Part shown: positions 46,276-54,936 of the stretch, one piece after another
How the letters are laid out: each line of letters begins with the position of its first letter
Position numbering within the stretch: the first letter of the stretch is position 1
NCBI GenBank assembly: GCA_965262725.1
Contig: OZ253555.1
Span: forward strand, 2,176,001 to 2,240,000
Reading direction: 5' to 3'
Length of the DNA: 64,000 nt
Source of the DNA: Dehalococcoidia bacterium
Lineage (GTDB): Bacteria; Chloroflexota; Dehalococcoidia; UBA2979
The notes under the pieces: generated by a model
What the model saw: only the letters and a program-made list of their open reading frames with translations
The model's database searches: none
What the model was told of the DNA's origin: nothing
Position numbers and translations under genes: made by a program

Positions 46276-47781
46276 TCACGGCAAGCGCCGGCTCAGGAAC
46301 TCCGCCTGCGGAAAGCCGTCGGGCGTCCAGCCGAAGCCGTCGAGATCGGCGCGCAGCGCGGCGAGGAAGCCCGGCTGCGCCAGCTGGGCGTTCGGCGCAT
46401 CCGCCACGATCCGTCGCTCGGCCTCGTGGACGAGGCTCTCGCGCGCTTCGGGATCCGGCTCCCCCTCTATCGCGTCGACGAACCTCGTGACCTCCTCGTT
46501 CTCGTACTGACCGCAGTTGATGAGCCCCATCGGCCCCGGGTAGTAGTCGTGGACGAGCGCGTAGTAGGGGTCCGGTACCTGGTGCATGCTCTCGTAGAGC
46601 AGCATCGGGTAGGCGCGGTGATAGCGCGCTCCCGCCCAGAAGGTGGCGCCGTCCATCGGCTCGAGCGCCGCGTTGACCCCGACCTCGCGTAGCGCCTCGG
46701 CGACCAGGCGCGCCGCCCGCCGGTGCGTCTCCGACGACGCGCCGAAGAAGAGCGCCGTCTCAAGGCCCGCCCCGTGCCCGGCCGCCCCGAGCAGCTCGCG
46801 CGCGCGCGGGGGGTCATAGTGGTACGGCCACCCCGCCTCGGAGGCCATCGGCGTGGTGCCGGCGAGGGGCCCCCGCCACGGCCACGCGGTCCCGAAATAG
46901 ACCTCGTCCAGGATGCGCTCGTAGGGAATGGCGTAGGCGACTGCCTGGCGCACCACTCGGCTGTCGAACGGCGCCCGGCGGCAGTTCATCATCAGCATGA
47001 GATGCGCGCCCGAGGGGGCGTGGCTGACGCGGACGCCGCCCGAGCCGTCGAGGAGTTCCCGCTCCCAGGGGTCGATGCGCGGGAGCAGGTCGACCTCGCC
47101 CGCCAGCAGCAGCTCCCGCCGCCTCTGTGCTCCAGGCACGAAGAGCACGCGCACGGTCGCGAACGCCGGCTCGGACTCGCCGTTGGCGACCAGCACCGCC
47201 TCCTTCCAGGGGGAGAGCGACTCCAGGCGGTAGGCGCCGTAGCCGGCGGCGTTGCGGACGAGCCAGCCGCTCGCCCAGGGGTCGTCGGCGCTGGCGTGGC
47301 GCCGTGCCTCGACCGAGTCGATGATCGCGGGCGTCGCGCGCGTGAACTGCTGCAGCAGCGACGGATTCGCGGCGCGCGGGCGGAACTCGACCTCGTGGCT
47401 CCCGATCGCCTCCACTGCCTCCGGGTCCCAGATCGAGCCGATGCGCGCAACCCATTTCCCGACATCGCGGAGCGCGATCGCTCGCTGCCAGCTCCACACC
47501 ACGTCCTCGGAGGTGAGCTCGTGGCCCGCGGCCGAGCGGACGCCGCGCCTCAGCGTTACCAGGTAGCGTCGCCCTCCGTCGAGCGCCTGCCAGCCTTCCG
47601 CCAGCTCGGGAACGAGCCGCGGCGGATCGGGGATGAGCTCGCCGGTGGGGCCCTCCACCAGCGGGTAGCGCGCGAGGCGGCGATAGCAGAGGCGGTTCAG
47701 CAAGCCGTCGAGGCCCCGTGCCTCCGCGTCGAGGCCGGTCGGCCCGGGTGGGACGGCGATCCGCAGCTCGCTACCACTCAT
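46276..47781 (-). CDS. Family-5 (peptide/nickel-type) ABC substrate-binding protein, no visible signal peptide
   Basis: 'PELAEGW', 'LR.GV....G.ELTSEDV.WS', 'PFD...VRQA.AYAI', 'YDP..ARELL'. Confidence 0.85.
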   Translation of the reverse strand: MSGSELRIAVPPGPTGLDAEARGLDGLLNRLCYRRLARYPLVEGPTGELIPDPPRLVPELAEGWQALDGGRRYLVTLRRGVRSAAGHELTSEDVVWSWQRAIALRDVGKWVARIGSIWDPEAVEAIGSHEVEFRPRAANPSLLQQFTRATPAIIDSVEARRHASADDPWASGWLVRNAAGYGAYRLESLSPWKEAVLVANGESEPAFATVRVLFVPGAQRRRELLLAGEVDLLPRIDPWERELLDGSGGVRVSHAPSGAHLMLMMNCRRAPFDSRVVRQAVAYAIPYERILDEVYFGTAWPWRGPLAGTTPMASEAGWPYHYDPPRARELLGAAGHGAGLETALFFGASSETHRRAARLVAEALREVGVNAALEPMDGATFWAGARYHRAYPMLLYESMHQVPDPYYALVHDYYPGPMGLINCGQYENEEVTRFVDAIEGEPDPEARESLVHEAERRIVADAPNAQLAQPGFLAALRADLDGFGWTPDGFPQAEFLSRRLP

Positions 47782-47903
47782 GGTCTGCCCCCTCCGCCGC
47801 CGTGCCTGGGGGAGATGCTACCCGCCGGGGCGCTCCCCGCGGGCCGGCCGCCGTGCCCGGCGCCGACGGCCCCCGCTCGCGGGCTACGCTCTAGACTGAG
47901 GGC

Positions 47904-49226
47904 ATGGTCGCCGGCCCGGAACGCGCCGCCACGCCCGCGATGATCTCCGTGGAGGAGGCTCGCGCGCGCATCCTCCACGGGATCGCACCCCTCGAGGCGG
48001 TCGAGGTCCCGCTGCTGGAGGCGCTCGGACAGACGCTGGCCGGAGAGGTGCGCTCCTCCCTGGACATCCCGCCCCTGCCCAACACCGGCATGGACGGCTA
48101 CGCGGTGCGCGCCGTCGACACCGAGGGCGCCACGCCGGCCTCGCCTCGCAAGCTCCGCATCACCGGCTACCTCGCTGCGGGCGGCGTCTATGAGGGGAGC
48201 GTCGGACCCGGCGAGGCGGTGCGGATCATGACCGGCGCGCCCATCCCCGCCGGCGCCGATGCCGTCGTCCCCTTCGAGGAGACCGACGAGCAGGAGCAGA
48301 CCGCGCCCTGGCGGGAGGGCCCGCGCCGCGGCGTCCGCATCGACGTGGAGGCGCGGCCGGGCGCGAACGTGCGGCCGGCCGCGGAGGATGTGCGCGCCGG
48401 CGAGGTCGTGCTGACGTCCGGCACGGTGATCGGGGAGTCGCAGGTGGGCGTGCTCGCCTCGCTCGGGTTGGCGGAGGTGCGTGTCGTGCGCCGGCCGCGC
48501 GTCGCCATCCTCTCCACCGGCGACGAGCTCGTGCGGCCCGGCGAGCCGCTCCGGCCGGGCGCCATCTACGATGCCAACGCGTTCTCGCTCGCCGCGCAGG
48601 TGCTCGCCGCGGGGGGGACGCCCCGGATCCTGGACGTGGCGCGCGACACGACGGAGGCGTTGACCGCGCGCATCCACGAGGGTCTCCGCGACGCCGATCT
48701 CCTCGTCACGTCGGCGGGCGTCTCGCGCGGCGACTTCGACATCGTCAAGGAGGTGCTCGCGCGCGAGGGAGAGATCGGGTTCTGGACGGTCCGGATGCGG
48801 CCCGGGAAGCCCCTCGCCTTCGGGTCGTTCACGGTGAGGGGAGCCGGCGCCGAGCGCCGCGTGCCGCACCTGGGGCTTCCCGGGAACCCCGTCTCCGCGA
48901 TGATGACCTTCGAGCTCTTCGGGCGGGCGGTGCTCTACACGATGCTCGGGCGGGATGACTGGGAGCGCCCGCGTGTGCGCGCGACGGCAGCCGAGCGTAT
49001 TGACAATCCCGACGGCAGGCGCGTCTACGCCCGCGCCGTGATCGCGCGCGACGGGGGAAAGGGGCGCTACGTGGCGCGGCTCACGGGGCCGCAGGGCTCG
49101 GGCGTCCTGACGTCGATGGCGCTCGCCAACGGCTACGCCGTCTGCCCCGAGGACCGCCCCGCGGTCGAGCCCGGGGAGGAGTGCGAGGTGCTGCTGGTCG
49201 GCCCGGTCGAGGGGCCCGCCGACTGA
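47904..49226 (+). CDS. moeA: Molybdopterin molybdotransferase MoeA
   Basis: 'MDGYAV', 'IMTGAPIP.GADAVV', 'STGDEL', 'RPGKP', 'LPGNPVS'. Confidence 0.95.
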   Translation: MVAGPERAATPAMISVEEARARILHGIAPLEAVEVPLLEALGQTLAGEVRSSLDIPPLPNTGMDGYAVRAVDTEGATPASPRKLRITGYLAAGGVYEGSVGPGEAVRIMTGAPIPAGADAVVPFEETDEQEQTAPWREGPRRGVRIDVEARPGANVRPAAEDVRAGEVVLTSGTVIGESQVGVLASLGLAEVRVVRRPRVAILSTGDELVRPGEPLRPGAIYDANAFSLAAQVLAAGGTPRILDVARDTTEALTARIHEGLRDADLLVTSAGVSRGDFDIVKEVLAREGEIGFWTVRMRPGKPLAFGSFTVRGAGAERRVPHLGLPGNPVSAMMTFELFGRAVLYTMLGRDDWERPRVRATAAERIDNPDGRRVYARAVIARDGGKGRYVARLTGPQGSGVLTSMALANGYAVCPEDRPAVEPGEECEVLLVGPVEGPAD

Positions 49227-49789
49227 GCGCCGCCGCGCGCGCGCCCTCCGGCCCGGCGCTCGTGCTCATCGCCGGCGTCTCCGGCCCCGAGAAGACGCTG
49301 CTCGTCGTCTCCTTGACCGAGGAGCTGCGCCGCCTCGGCCACCGAGTCGGCCGCGCCGAGGCGCGCGGGGACGTGCTCGTGGTGGCGCTCGCGTCGGGCG
49401 GGCGCGTCACCGCCGCGCCGCCGGCCGACCCGCGCGCATGGCCCGACGCGCTCGGCCGCCTCGCGCGGAGCCTCGATCCGCAGCTCGAGCTCCTGCTCGT
49501 CGAGGGCCCGGAGAGGCGCGACACCGACGAACTCCCGGTCGTCGAAGTCGTGGTGCCGCGCGGGGCTTCGACGACGGCCCCCGGGACGCTGCTGGCAGCA
49601 GCATCGGGCGCCGACTCGGCCCGGGATCTCGCGGTGCTCGTCGAGCGGCGCGTGCTCGGAGGCGCGGCCGGGCGCTCGCTCGACGCGGCGGTCGGGCGGC
49701 GACGCGCCCGCCGACCCCTCGGCCGGGCATTGGGCGGGGCGCTACATCGCGCACTCGCGGTGCTCGGCCGCGTGGGGCGGCGTGGCTAG
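49223..49789 (+). CDS. MobB-like protein with degenerate P-loop
   Basis: 'LIAGVSGPEKTLLV..L..ELRRLGHRVG' and 'LLLVEG'; position directly after moeA; start inferred at CTG. Confidence 0.55.
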   Translation: MSAAARAPSGPALVLIAGVSGPEKTLLVVSLTEELRRLGHRVGRAEARGDVLVVALASGGRVTAAPPADPRAWPDALGRLARSLDPQLELLLVEGPERRDTDELPVVEVVVPRGASTTAPGTLLAAASGADSARDLAVLVERRVLGGAAGRSLDAAVGRRRARRPLGRALGGALHRALAVLGRVGRRG

Positions 49790-50034
49790 AGCGACGCACT
49801 CAGCAGGAGAGCCCGTCCGCTCGCCTCATCCGGCTCAACCGCTCCATGGACGGCCGGGCTCGTGTGCGGACCAATCTGCCTTCCGAGAGCCATGTGGGCC
49901 GGGCGGCTTCTCCGTCGTGCTGGGCGGCATCCGTGAGCGCCGCGGCAGCGCCGACCGTGTACTCGGGGATCCCTCCACCACGCCGCGCCGTGGCCGGTGT
50001 CGCCGTCCCGACGGTGGGCCGCCCAGGTTCGAAG

Positions 50035-50328
50035 CTAGTACAGCACCTCGAAGCCCACCAGGCCGTTCTCCGGCTCCTCCCACCGGTACTCGACATCGTC
50101 GACGACGGCGAGAGGTGGTCCCTCGCGGAGGCGCTCGACGAAGCGGCGCAGCGTGGGCTCGTCGCCCTCGGCGACCACCTCGACGGAGCGCCCGTCCGCG
50201 AGATTGCGGGCGTAGCCCGAGATCTGCAGCCGGGTCGCCTCCTCGACGCAAAAGGCGCGATAGCCGACGCGCTGCACGCGTCCGAGCGCGCGTCCGACGA
50301 GGCGCCTGCGGGGGCCGCCCGGGCTCAC
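50035..50328 (-). CDS. acyP: Acylphosphatase
   Basis: 'GRVQ.VGYR', 'GYARNLADG.SVEV', 'GPP.A.V'. Confidence 0.93.
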   Translation of the reverse strand: MSPGGPRRRLVGRALGRVQRVGYRAFCVEEATRLQISGYARNLADGRSVEVVAEGDEPTLRRFVERLREGPPLAVVDDVEYRWEEPENGLVGFEVLY

Positions 50329-52010
50329 GTGGCCGTGCCGCTCGCAAGCCCGCGCACCACGTCCTCGACCAGCCGGGCGGGGACATCGTCGCGCACGACC
50401 GTCCGGCCCGGCTGCTCCAGGAGGACGAAGCGCTGCTGTCCGGAGACGATCTTCTTGTCGTAGCGCATCGCCTCGAGCACCGCCTCCGGGTCGATGCGGG
50501 GGCAGGCGACCGGGAGGCCGAAGGCGCGCAGGATCTCGTCGTGGCGGCGCGACTCGCTGGAATCCAGGAGTCCCATCCGCTCGGCGATGCGGGCCGCGCC
50601 GACCATGCCGACGGCCACGGCCTCGCCGTGCAGGAACTCCTCGTAGCCCCCGGCCGCCTCCACGCCGTGCCCGATCGTGTGGCCGTAGTTGAGGATGGCC
50701 CGCACGCCCGACTCGTGCGGGTCGCTCGAGACGACGAGCGCCTTCGCCCTCACCGAGCGACCGATGATCGACGCGAGGAACGACGGATCGGCGGTGCCGC
50801 CCGCGAGTTCGGCGGCGTGCTGCTCGAGCTCGTCGAGAAGCGCCGTGTCGAGGATCAGGGCGTGCTTGATCACCTCGGCGAAGCCCTCGACGAGCGCCCG
50901 GTGCGGGAGCGTCGCGAGGGTCTCGGTGTCGGCTATGACGCCCCTCGGCTGGTGGAAGGTGCCGATGAGGTTCTTCCCCTGCGGGAGGTCGACGGCGACC
51001 TTGCCGCCCACCGAGGCGTCGGTCATCGCGAGCACCGAGGTCGGCAGGTGGACCAGCGGCATGCCGCGCAGGTAGGTCGAGGCGACGTAGCCGGCGAGAT
51101 CGCCGACCATCCCGCCGCCGAGCGCGAGCACCGTGTCGCCGCGCTCGGCCCGCTGCTCGGCGAGCCAGCCGTAGATCTCGGCCGCGACCGAGAGCTGCTT
51201 GGAGCGCTCCCCCGCCGGCACGATATAGGAGGCGCCGGCGATGCCGGCGTCGTCGAGAATCTGCGTCACCCGCCGCCCGTGAAGTCCGATCACGTCGGCG
51301 TCGGAGATGATGAGCACGCGCCCGGAGAGGCCGAGCATCCGAAGGCGGTCCGGGAGGCGCTCAAGCTCGCCCGGTCCGACCCACACCGGGTAGCGCTCGC
51401 GGACGGTATCGACGACCGCGGTCGGGGCCCGCGCCGGCGCCTCCGCCCCGAGGCGAGCGCGCCGGCGCTCATCACCGAGCGCCGCCTGGGAGCGCTCCGC
51501 CCACAGCACGAGGATCCGCGAGGCGACCTCCTCGGGCGAGAGCACCTGCGCCGGGATCCAGGCGTCGGCGTGGGCGTAGAAGGGCCGTCGCTCCTCGTCG
51601 AGATCGAGGAGGCGCCGCTCCACGTTGCCGCCGAGCAGCGGGCGCTCGCTCGCGTCGGGCGATTGCCGGAGACGCTCCGCGATCGCGTGCGGCGTCGCGT
51701 CCAGGTGGCAGAGGAAGCCGTGCTCTCCGAGCGCGCGCCGGGCGCGCGCGGAGAGGAAGGTACCGCCGCCGGTCGCGATCACCGCCGGCACCTGCCGCGC
51801 CGCCTCCACGACGACGCGCTCCTCGATGCGGCGGAACGCCGCCTCGCGCCCCGAGACGATGAGCTGTGCGGGCGTCCGACCCTCGCGCTCCGTGATGAGA
51901 TCGTCGGTGTCGAGGAGCGGCCAACCGAGGCGCTCCGCGAGCGCCGCCCCGACTGAGGACTTCCCGACTCCCGAGAGGCCAACGAGGACGATCTGCCGCG
52001 AGGCGCTCAT
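50325..52010 (-). CDS. aroKB: Bifunctional shikimate kinase / 3-dehydroquinate synthase
   Basis: N-terminal 'GLSGVGKS..DTD..FR..E..ATGGG..RPLL'; C-terminal 'GGG.VGD', 'DASVGGK', 'KNLIG.FHQP', 'LNYGHTIGH'. Confidence 0.94.
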   Translation of the reverse strand: MSASRQIVLVGLSGVGKSSVGAALAERLGWPLLDTDDLITEREGRTPAQLIVSGREAAFRRIEERVVVEAARQVPAVIATGGGTFLSARARRALGEHGFLCHLDATPHAIAERLRQSPDASERPLLGGNVERRLLDLDEERRPFYAHADAWIPAQVLSPEEVASRILVLWAERSQAALGDERRRARLGAEAPARAPTAVVDTVRERYPVWVGPGELERLPDRLRMLGLSGRVLIISDADVIGLHGRRVTQILDDAGIAGASYIVPAGERSKQLSVAAEIYGWLAEQRAERGDTVLALGGGMVGDLAGYVASTYLRGMPLVHLPTSVLAMTDASVGGKVAVDLPQGKNLIGTFHQPRGVIADTETLATLPHRALVEGFAEVIKHALILDTALLDELEQHAAELAGGTADPSFLASIIGRSVRAKALVVSSDPHESGVRAILNYGHTIGHGVEAAGGYEEFLHGEAVAVGMVGAARIAERMGLLDSSESRRHDEILRAFGLPVACPRIDPEAVLEAMRYDKKIVSGQQRFVLLEQPGRTVVRDDVPARLVEDVVRGLASGTAT

Positions 52011-53245
52011 TCGGCGGGATCCTCCGCTGCGCCGGCGCCGGCCGCCTCAGCGGACGGCCCTCCGGACGCGCTCGCGCGGCGCGGCCCCACGCTCTTCCGG
52101 AAGGCGGCGTGGTTGCGCCGGAGTTCATCCATGTGGTCGCCCCCGAACTTCTCGATCACCGCCCCGGCGAGCACGATCGCGAGCATCGCCTCCCCGATCA
52201 CCGCGGCCGCCGGCACCACGCAGGCGTCGGAGCGCTCGTAGAACGAGGTCGCCTCCTCCCCCGTGTGGAGGTCCGCCGTCGGCATTCGGCGCGGCACGGT
52301 CGATATCGGCTTGATGGCGGCGCGCACGAGCAGATCCTCCCCGTTCGTCATCCCGCCCTCGAGGCCGCCCGCGTGGTTGCTCGCCCGCCGCCACGGGCGA
52401 TCCGACCAGCTGTGGCTCGGCAGGATCACGTCCTGCGCCTCGGATCCGGGCAACGACGCCACCGTCCATGCATCGCCGATCTCGACCCCCTTAACAGCGT
52501 TGATGGAGAGGAACGCCTGCCCGATACGGCCGTCGAGGCGCCGGTCCCACTGCACGTGGCTGCCGAGGCCGAGCGGGAGGCCCTGCGCCCGCACCTCGAA
52601 GACGCCGCCCAGGGTGTCGTGCTCCGCCTTCGCCTGATCGATGGCCGCGATCATCGCCGCCTCGACGGCACCGTCGGCGACCCGCACCGGGGATCGCTCG
52701 ACAGCCTCCCAGTCGACCTCCTGCGGCGCCTCCCACAGGACACTGCCTATCGAGCGCACGTGGGAGCGCACCGCCACGCCGAGCTCCTGAAGCAGCGCGC
52801 GCGCCACCGCTCCGACGGCGACGCGCGCCGCGGTCTCGCGCGCGCTCGCCCGCTCGAGGATGGGGCGCACGTCGTCGAAGCCGTACTTCTGCGTGCCGGC
52901 GAGGTCTGCATGCCCGGGTCGGAGCAGCGTGACCGGGTCCACTCGCTCATCGACCTCGTCGACCGCCATCCGCACGCGCCAGTTGGCGTTGGCGTGGTCG
53001 GCGTTGCCGATCCAGAGCGCGATCGGCGATCCGATGCTCTTCCCGTGGCGGACGCCGGAGGTGATCTCCGCGCGGTCGCGCTCGATCTGCTGCCGCTTGC
53101 CGCGGCCGTAGCCCTGCTGCCTGCGGGCGAGGTCGCGCGCGATCCCCTCCTCCGAGAGCTGCAGCCCGGCCGGGATGCCCTCGATGACCGCGGTGAGCCC
53201 CCGGCCGTGGGACTCGCCGGCGGTCAGGAAGCGGAGCGCGCTCAT
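52007..53245 (-). CDS. aroC: Chorismate synthase
   Basis: 'TAGESHG', 'RPGHAD', 'RASARETA', 'GG.EGG.TNG', 'RSDAC'. Confidence 0.97.
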   Translation of the reverse strand: MSALRFLTAGESHGRGLTAVIEGIPAGLQLSEEGIARDLARRQQGYGRGKRQQIERDRAEITSGVRHGKSIGSPIALWIGNADHANANWRVRMAVDEVDERVDPVTLLRPGHADLAGTQKYGFDDVRPILERASARETAARVAVGAVARALLQELGVAVRSHVRSIGSVLWEAPQEVDWEAVERSPVRVADGAVEAAMIAAIDQAKAEHDTLGGVFEVRAQGLPLGLGSHVQWDRRLDGRIGQAFLSINAVKGVEIGDAWTVASLPGSEAQDVILPSHSWSDRPWRRASNHAGGLEGGMTNGEDLLVRAAIKPISTVPRRMPTADLHTGEEATSFYERSDACVVPAAAVIGEAMLAIVLAGAVIEKFGGDHMDELRRNHAAFRKSVGPRRASASGGPSAEAAGAGAAEDPAE

Positions 53246-54060
53246 CGCCGCGCCTCCCCGCCCCGGGCGGCCGTGCCGCCCGGCCGTCCCGCCGCGTCGG
53301 GAGGCGCGGCCGCCACGGGCGGAGTCGCGGGCTCTTCGCTCCCGGAAGCACCGAGCGTGATGCCATCGCCCGGGGCGATCAGCGCGCCCAGTTCGGGATC
53401 GAGGTCGCGGCCCGGCGCCGCCTCGCGCGTGCGCCACGTGGCGAGCACCCCGGCGGGATCCTGATCGGGCGCGGCGGCGGGGGACGCCCCATCGCTCGCC
53501 TCGTCCTCCGCGGTCGCTTCCGGGGCCGAGGCGTGCGGATCGAGCTCCCACCGCGCCGACCAGTCGACGGTCGCCGCCTGTTCTCGCGTCGTGCGCGTGG
53601 TGAGGAGCGCGCGCGTCCGGGTCGCCCCCGAGGCGTCGCGGTAGCGCTCCCAGACGTCGATTTGCACCTCTGAGAAGCGGACGTGCGGGATCTCGTAGAG
53701 CAGCCGCTCCACCATGCGCAACGCGACGCGCCTGCCGACCACGAGCGGGCCGCCGAGCTCGCGGCGCTCGCCCGAGACGACGCGCACGTCGCCGTCGGCG
53801 AGAAGCGAGGCGCGCACGCGGTCACGATCCGCCGCGACGAGCTCGGCGGAGGCGAGCGCTGCCCAGTCCGAGGACGGCATCCCCTTCGGAGGGCGCATCT
53901 CCCGCCACGACTCGAAGGCGGCCTCGAGCGCCTCCCGGAGCACGTCGAGGTCGCCCGAGGCGATGCGCTCGCGCCAGGCGCGCGCGGTGAAGGTCCCCTG
54001 CAGCACGAGGCAGCCGAGGAAGACGCCGGTTGCCACCACGATCAGGACGCCAATCTCCAC
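53242..54060 (-). CDS. Hypothetical protein with a single N-terminal TM anchor
   Basis: Hydrophobic first ~22 aa; stop overlaps the aroC start (ATGA). Confidence 0.7.
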   Translation of the reverse strand: MEIGVLIVVATGVFLGCLVLQGTFTARAWRERIASGDLDVLREALEAAFESWREMRPPKGMPSSDWAALASAELVAADRDRVRASLLADGDVRVVSGERRELGGPLVVGRRVALRMVERLLYEIPHVRFSEVQIDVWERYRDASGATRTRALLTTRTTREQAATVDWSARWELDPHASAPEATAEDEASDGASPAAAPDQDPAGVLATWRTREAAPGRDLDPELGALIAPGDGITLGASGSEEPATPPVAAAPPDAAGRPGGTAARGGEARR

Positions 54061-54079
54061 CTCGCGCCCTTCCGGTTTG

Positions 54080-54931
54080 CTACCGGCCTCTGACCGCGGC
54101 GCGGGCCGCGTCGAACATCACCCCGAGGGGTGGCTCGAAGCCGGTCCACAGCCGGAACGAGACCGCGCCCTGATGCACGAGCATCGAGAGCCCGCCGACG
54201 GCGCGCGCCCCGCCGCGCGACGCCTCCTCGAGGAAGGGCGTCCACTCCGGGGTGTAGACGGAATCGAACGCCACCTGCCCGGGACGGAACGCCGAGCGTG
54301 GGAGCGGGCTCCTGGTCTCGTCGGGGCCGTGCCGCATGCCGAGCGGCGTGCAGTGTATCACCAGGGAGGCCTCGTACAGGGCGGCGCGGAGCTCGCCCGA
54401 GGCCTCGTCGAGGGGGCAGGTCGAGAGCGTGAGCACCTCCCCGGCGAGCGAGCGCAGTTCCTCGCCGCGCTCCGGAGTGCGGTTCGCCACCATCACGTCC
54501 GCGGCGCCGAGAGCCGAGAGCGCGATCACGGCTGCGCGCGCCGCGCCGCCGGCCCCGAGCAGGACGACGTGCTCTCCCTCGACCCGGATGCCGGCCTCCT
54601 GCCAGGCGCCACGGAGCCCCGCCACGTCGGTGTTGGAGGCCTCGAGGAGACCCCCGGCGTTGACCACGGTGTTGACCGCGCCCACGCGCTCGGCCGCCCC
54701 ATCCGGGCGGTCGAGGAGCGGGAGTATCGTGACCTTGTGCGGCACGGTGACGTTGGCGCCCAGCAGATCGCCGCCGCGCAGGCGCTCCACGGCCAGAAGC
54801 AGCTCGGAGGGGGGCACGTCCCACGCCTCGTAGCGGATGTCGAGGCCCGAGGCCTCGAAGGCCGCCTGTTGGAACGCCGGCGAGATCGAGTGCGCTACCG
54901 GATGGCCGAGGAGAGCGACGCGCCTCGTCAC
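54080..54931 (-). CDS. aroE: Shikimate dehydrogenase
   Basis: 'HSISP', 'GANVTVPHK', 'GAVNT', 'NTD', 'GAGGAARA', 'MLVHQG'. Confidence 0.96.
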   Translation of the reverse strand: MTRRVALLGHPVAHSISPAFQQAAFEASGLDIRYEAWDVPPSELLLAVERLRGGDLLGANVTVPHKVTILPLLDRPDGAAERVGAVNTVVNAGGLLEASNTDVAGLRGAWQEAGIRVEGEHVVLLGAGGAARAAVIALSALGAADVMVANRTPERGEELRSLAGEVLTLSTCPLDEASGELRAALYEASLVIHCTPLGMRHGPDETRSPLPRSAFRPGQVAFDSVYTPEWTPFLEEASRGGARAVGGLSMLVHQGAVSFRLWTGFEPPLGVMFDAARAAVRGR

Positions 54932-54936
54932 GGGGG

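Noticed and set aside
49960-49985. SAM-I riboswitch (GTGGAGGGA on the minus strand)
   Set aside because: The rest of the consensus is absent and no same-strand gene lies downstream.
50325-52010. AroK-AroB fusion as a novelty
   Set aside because: A known fusion in several bacterial lineages.
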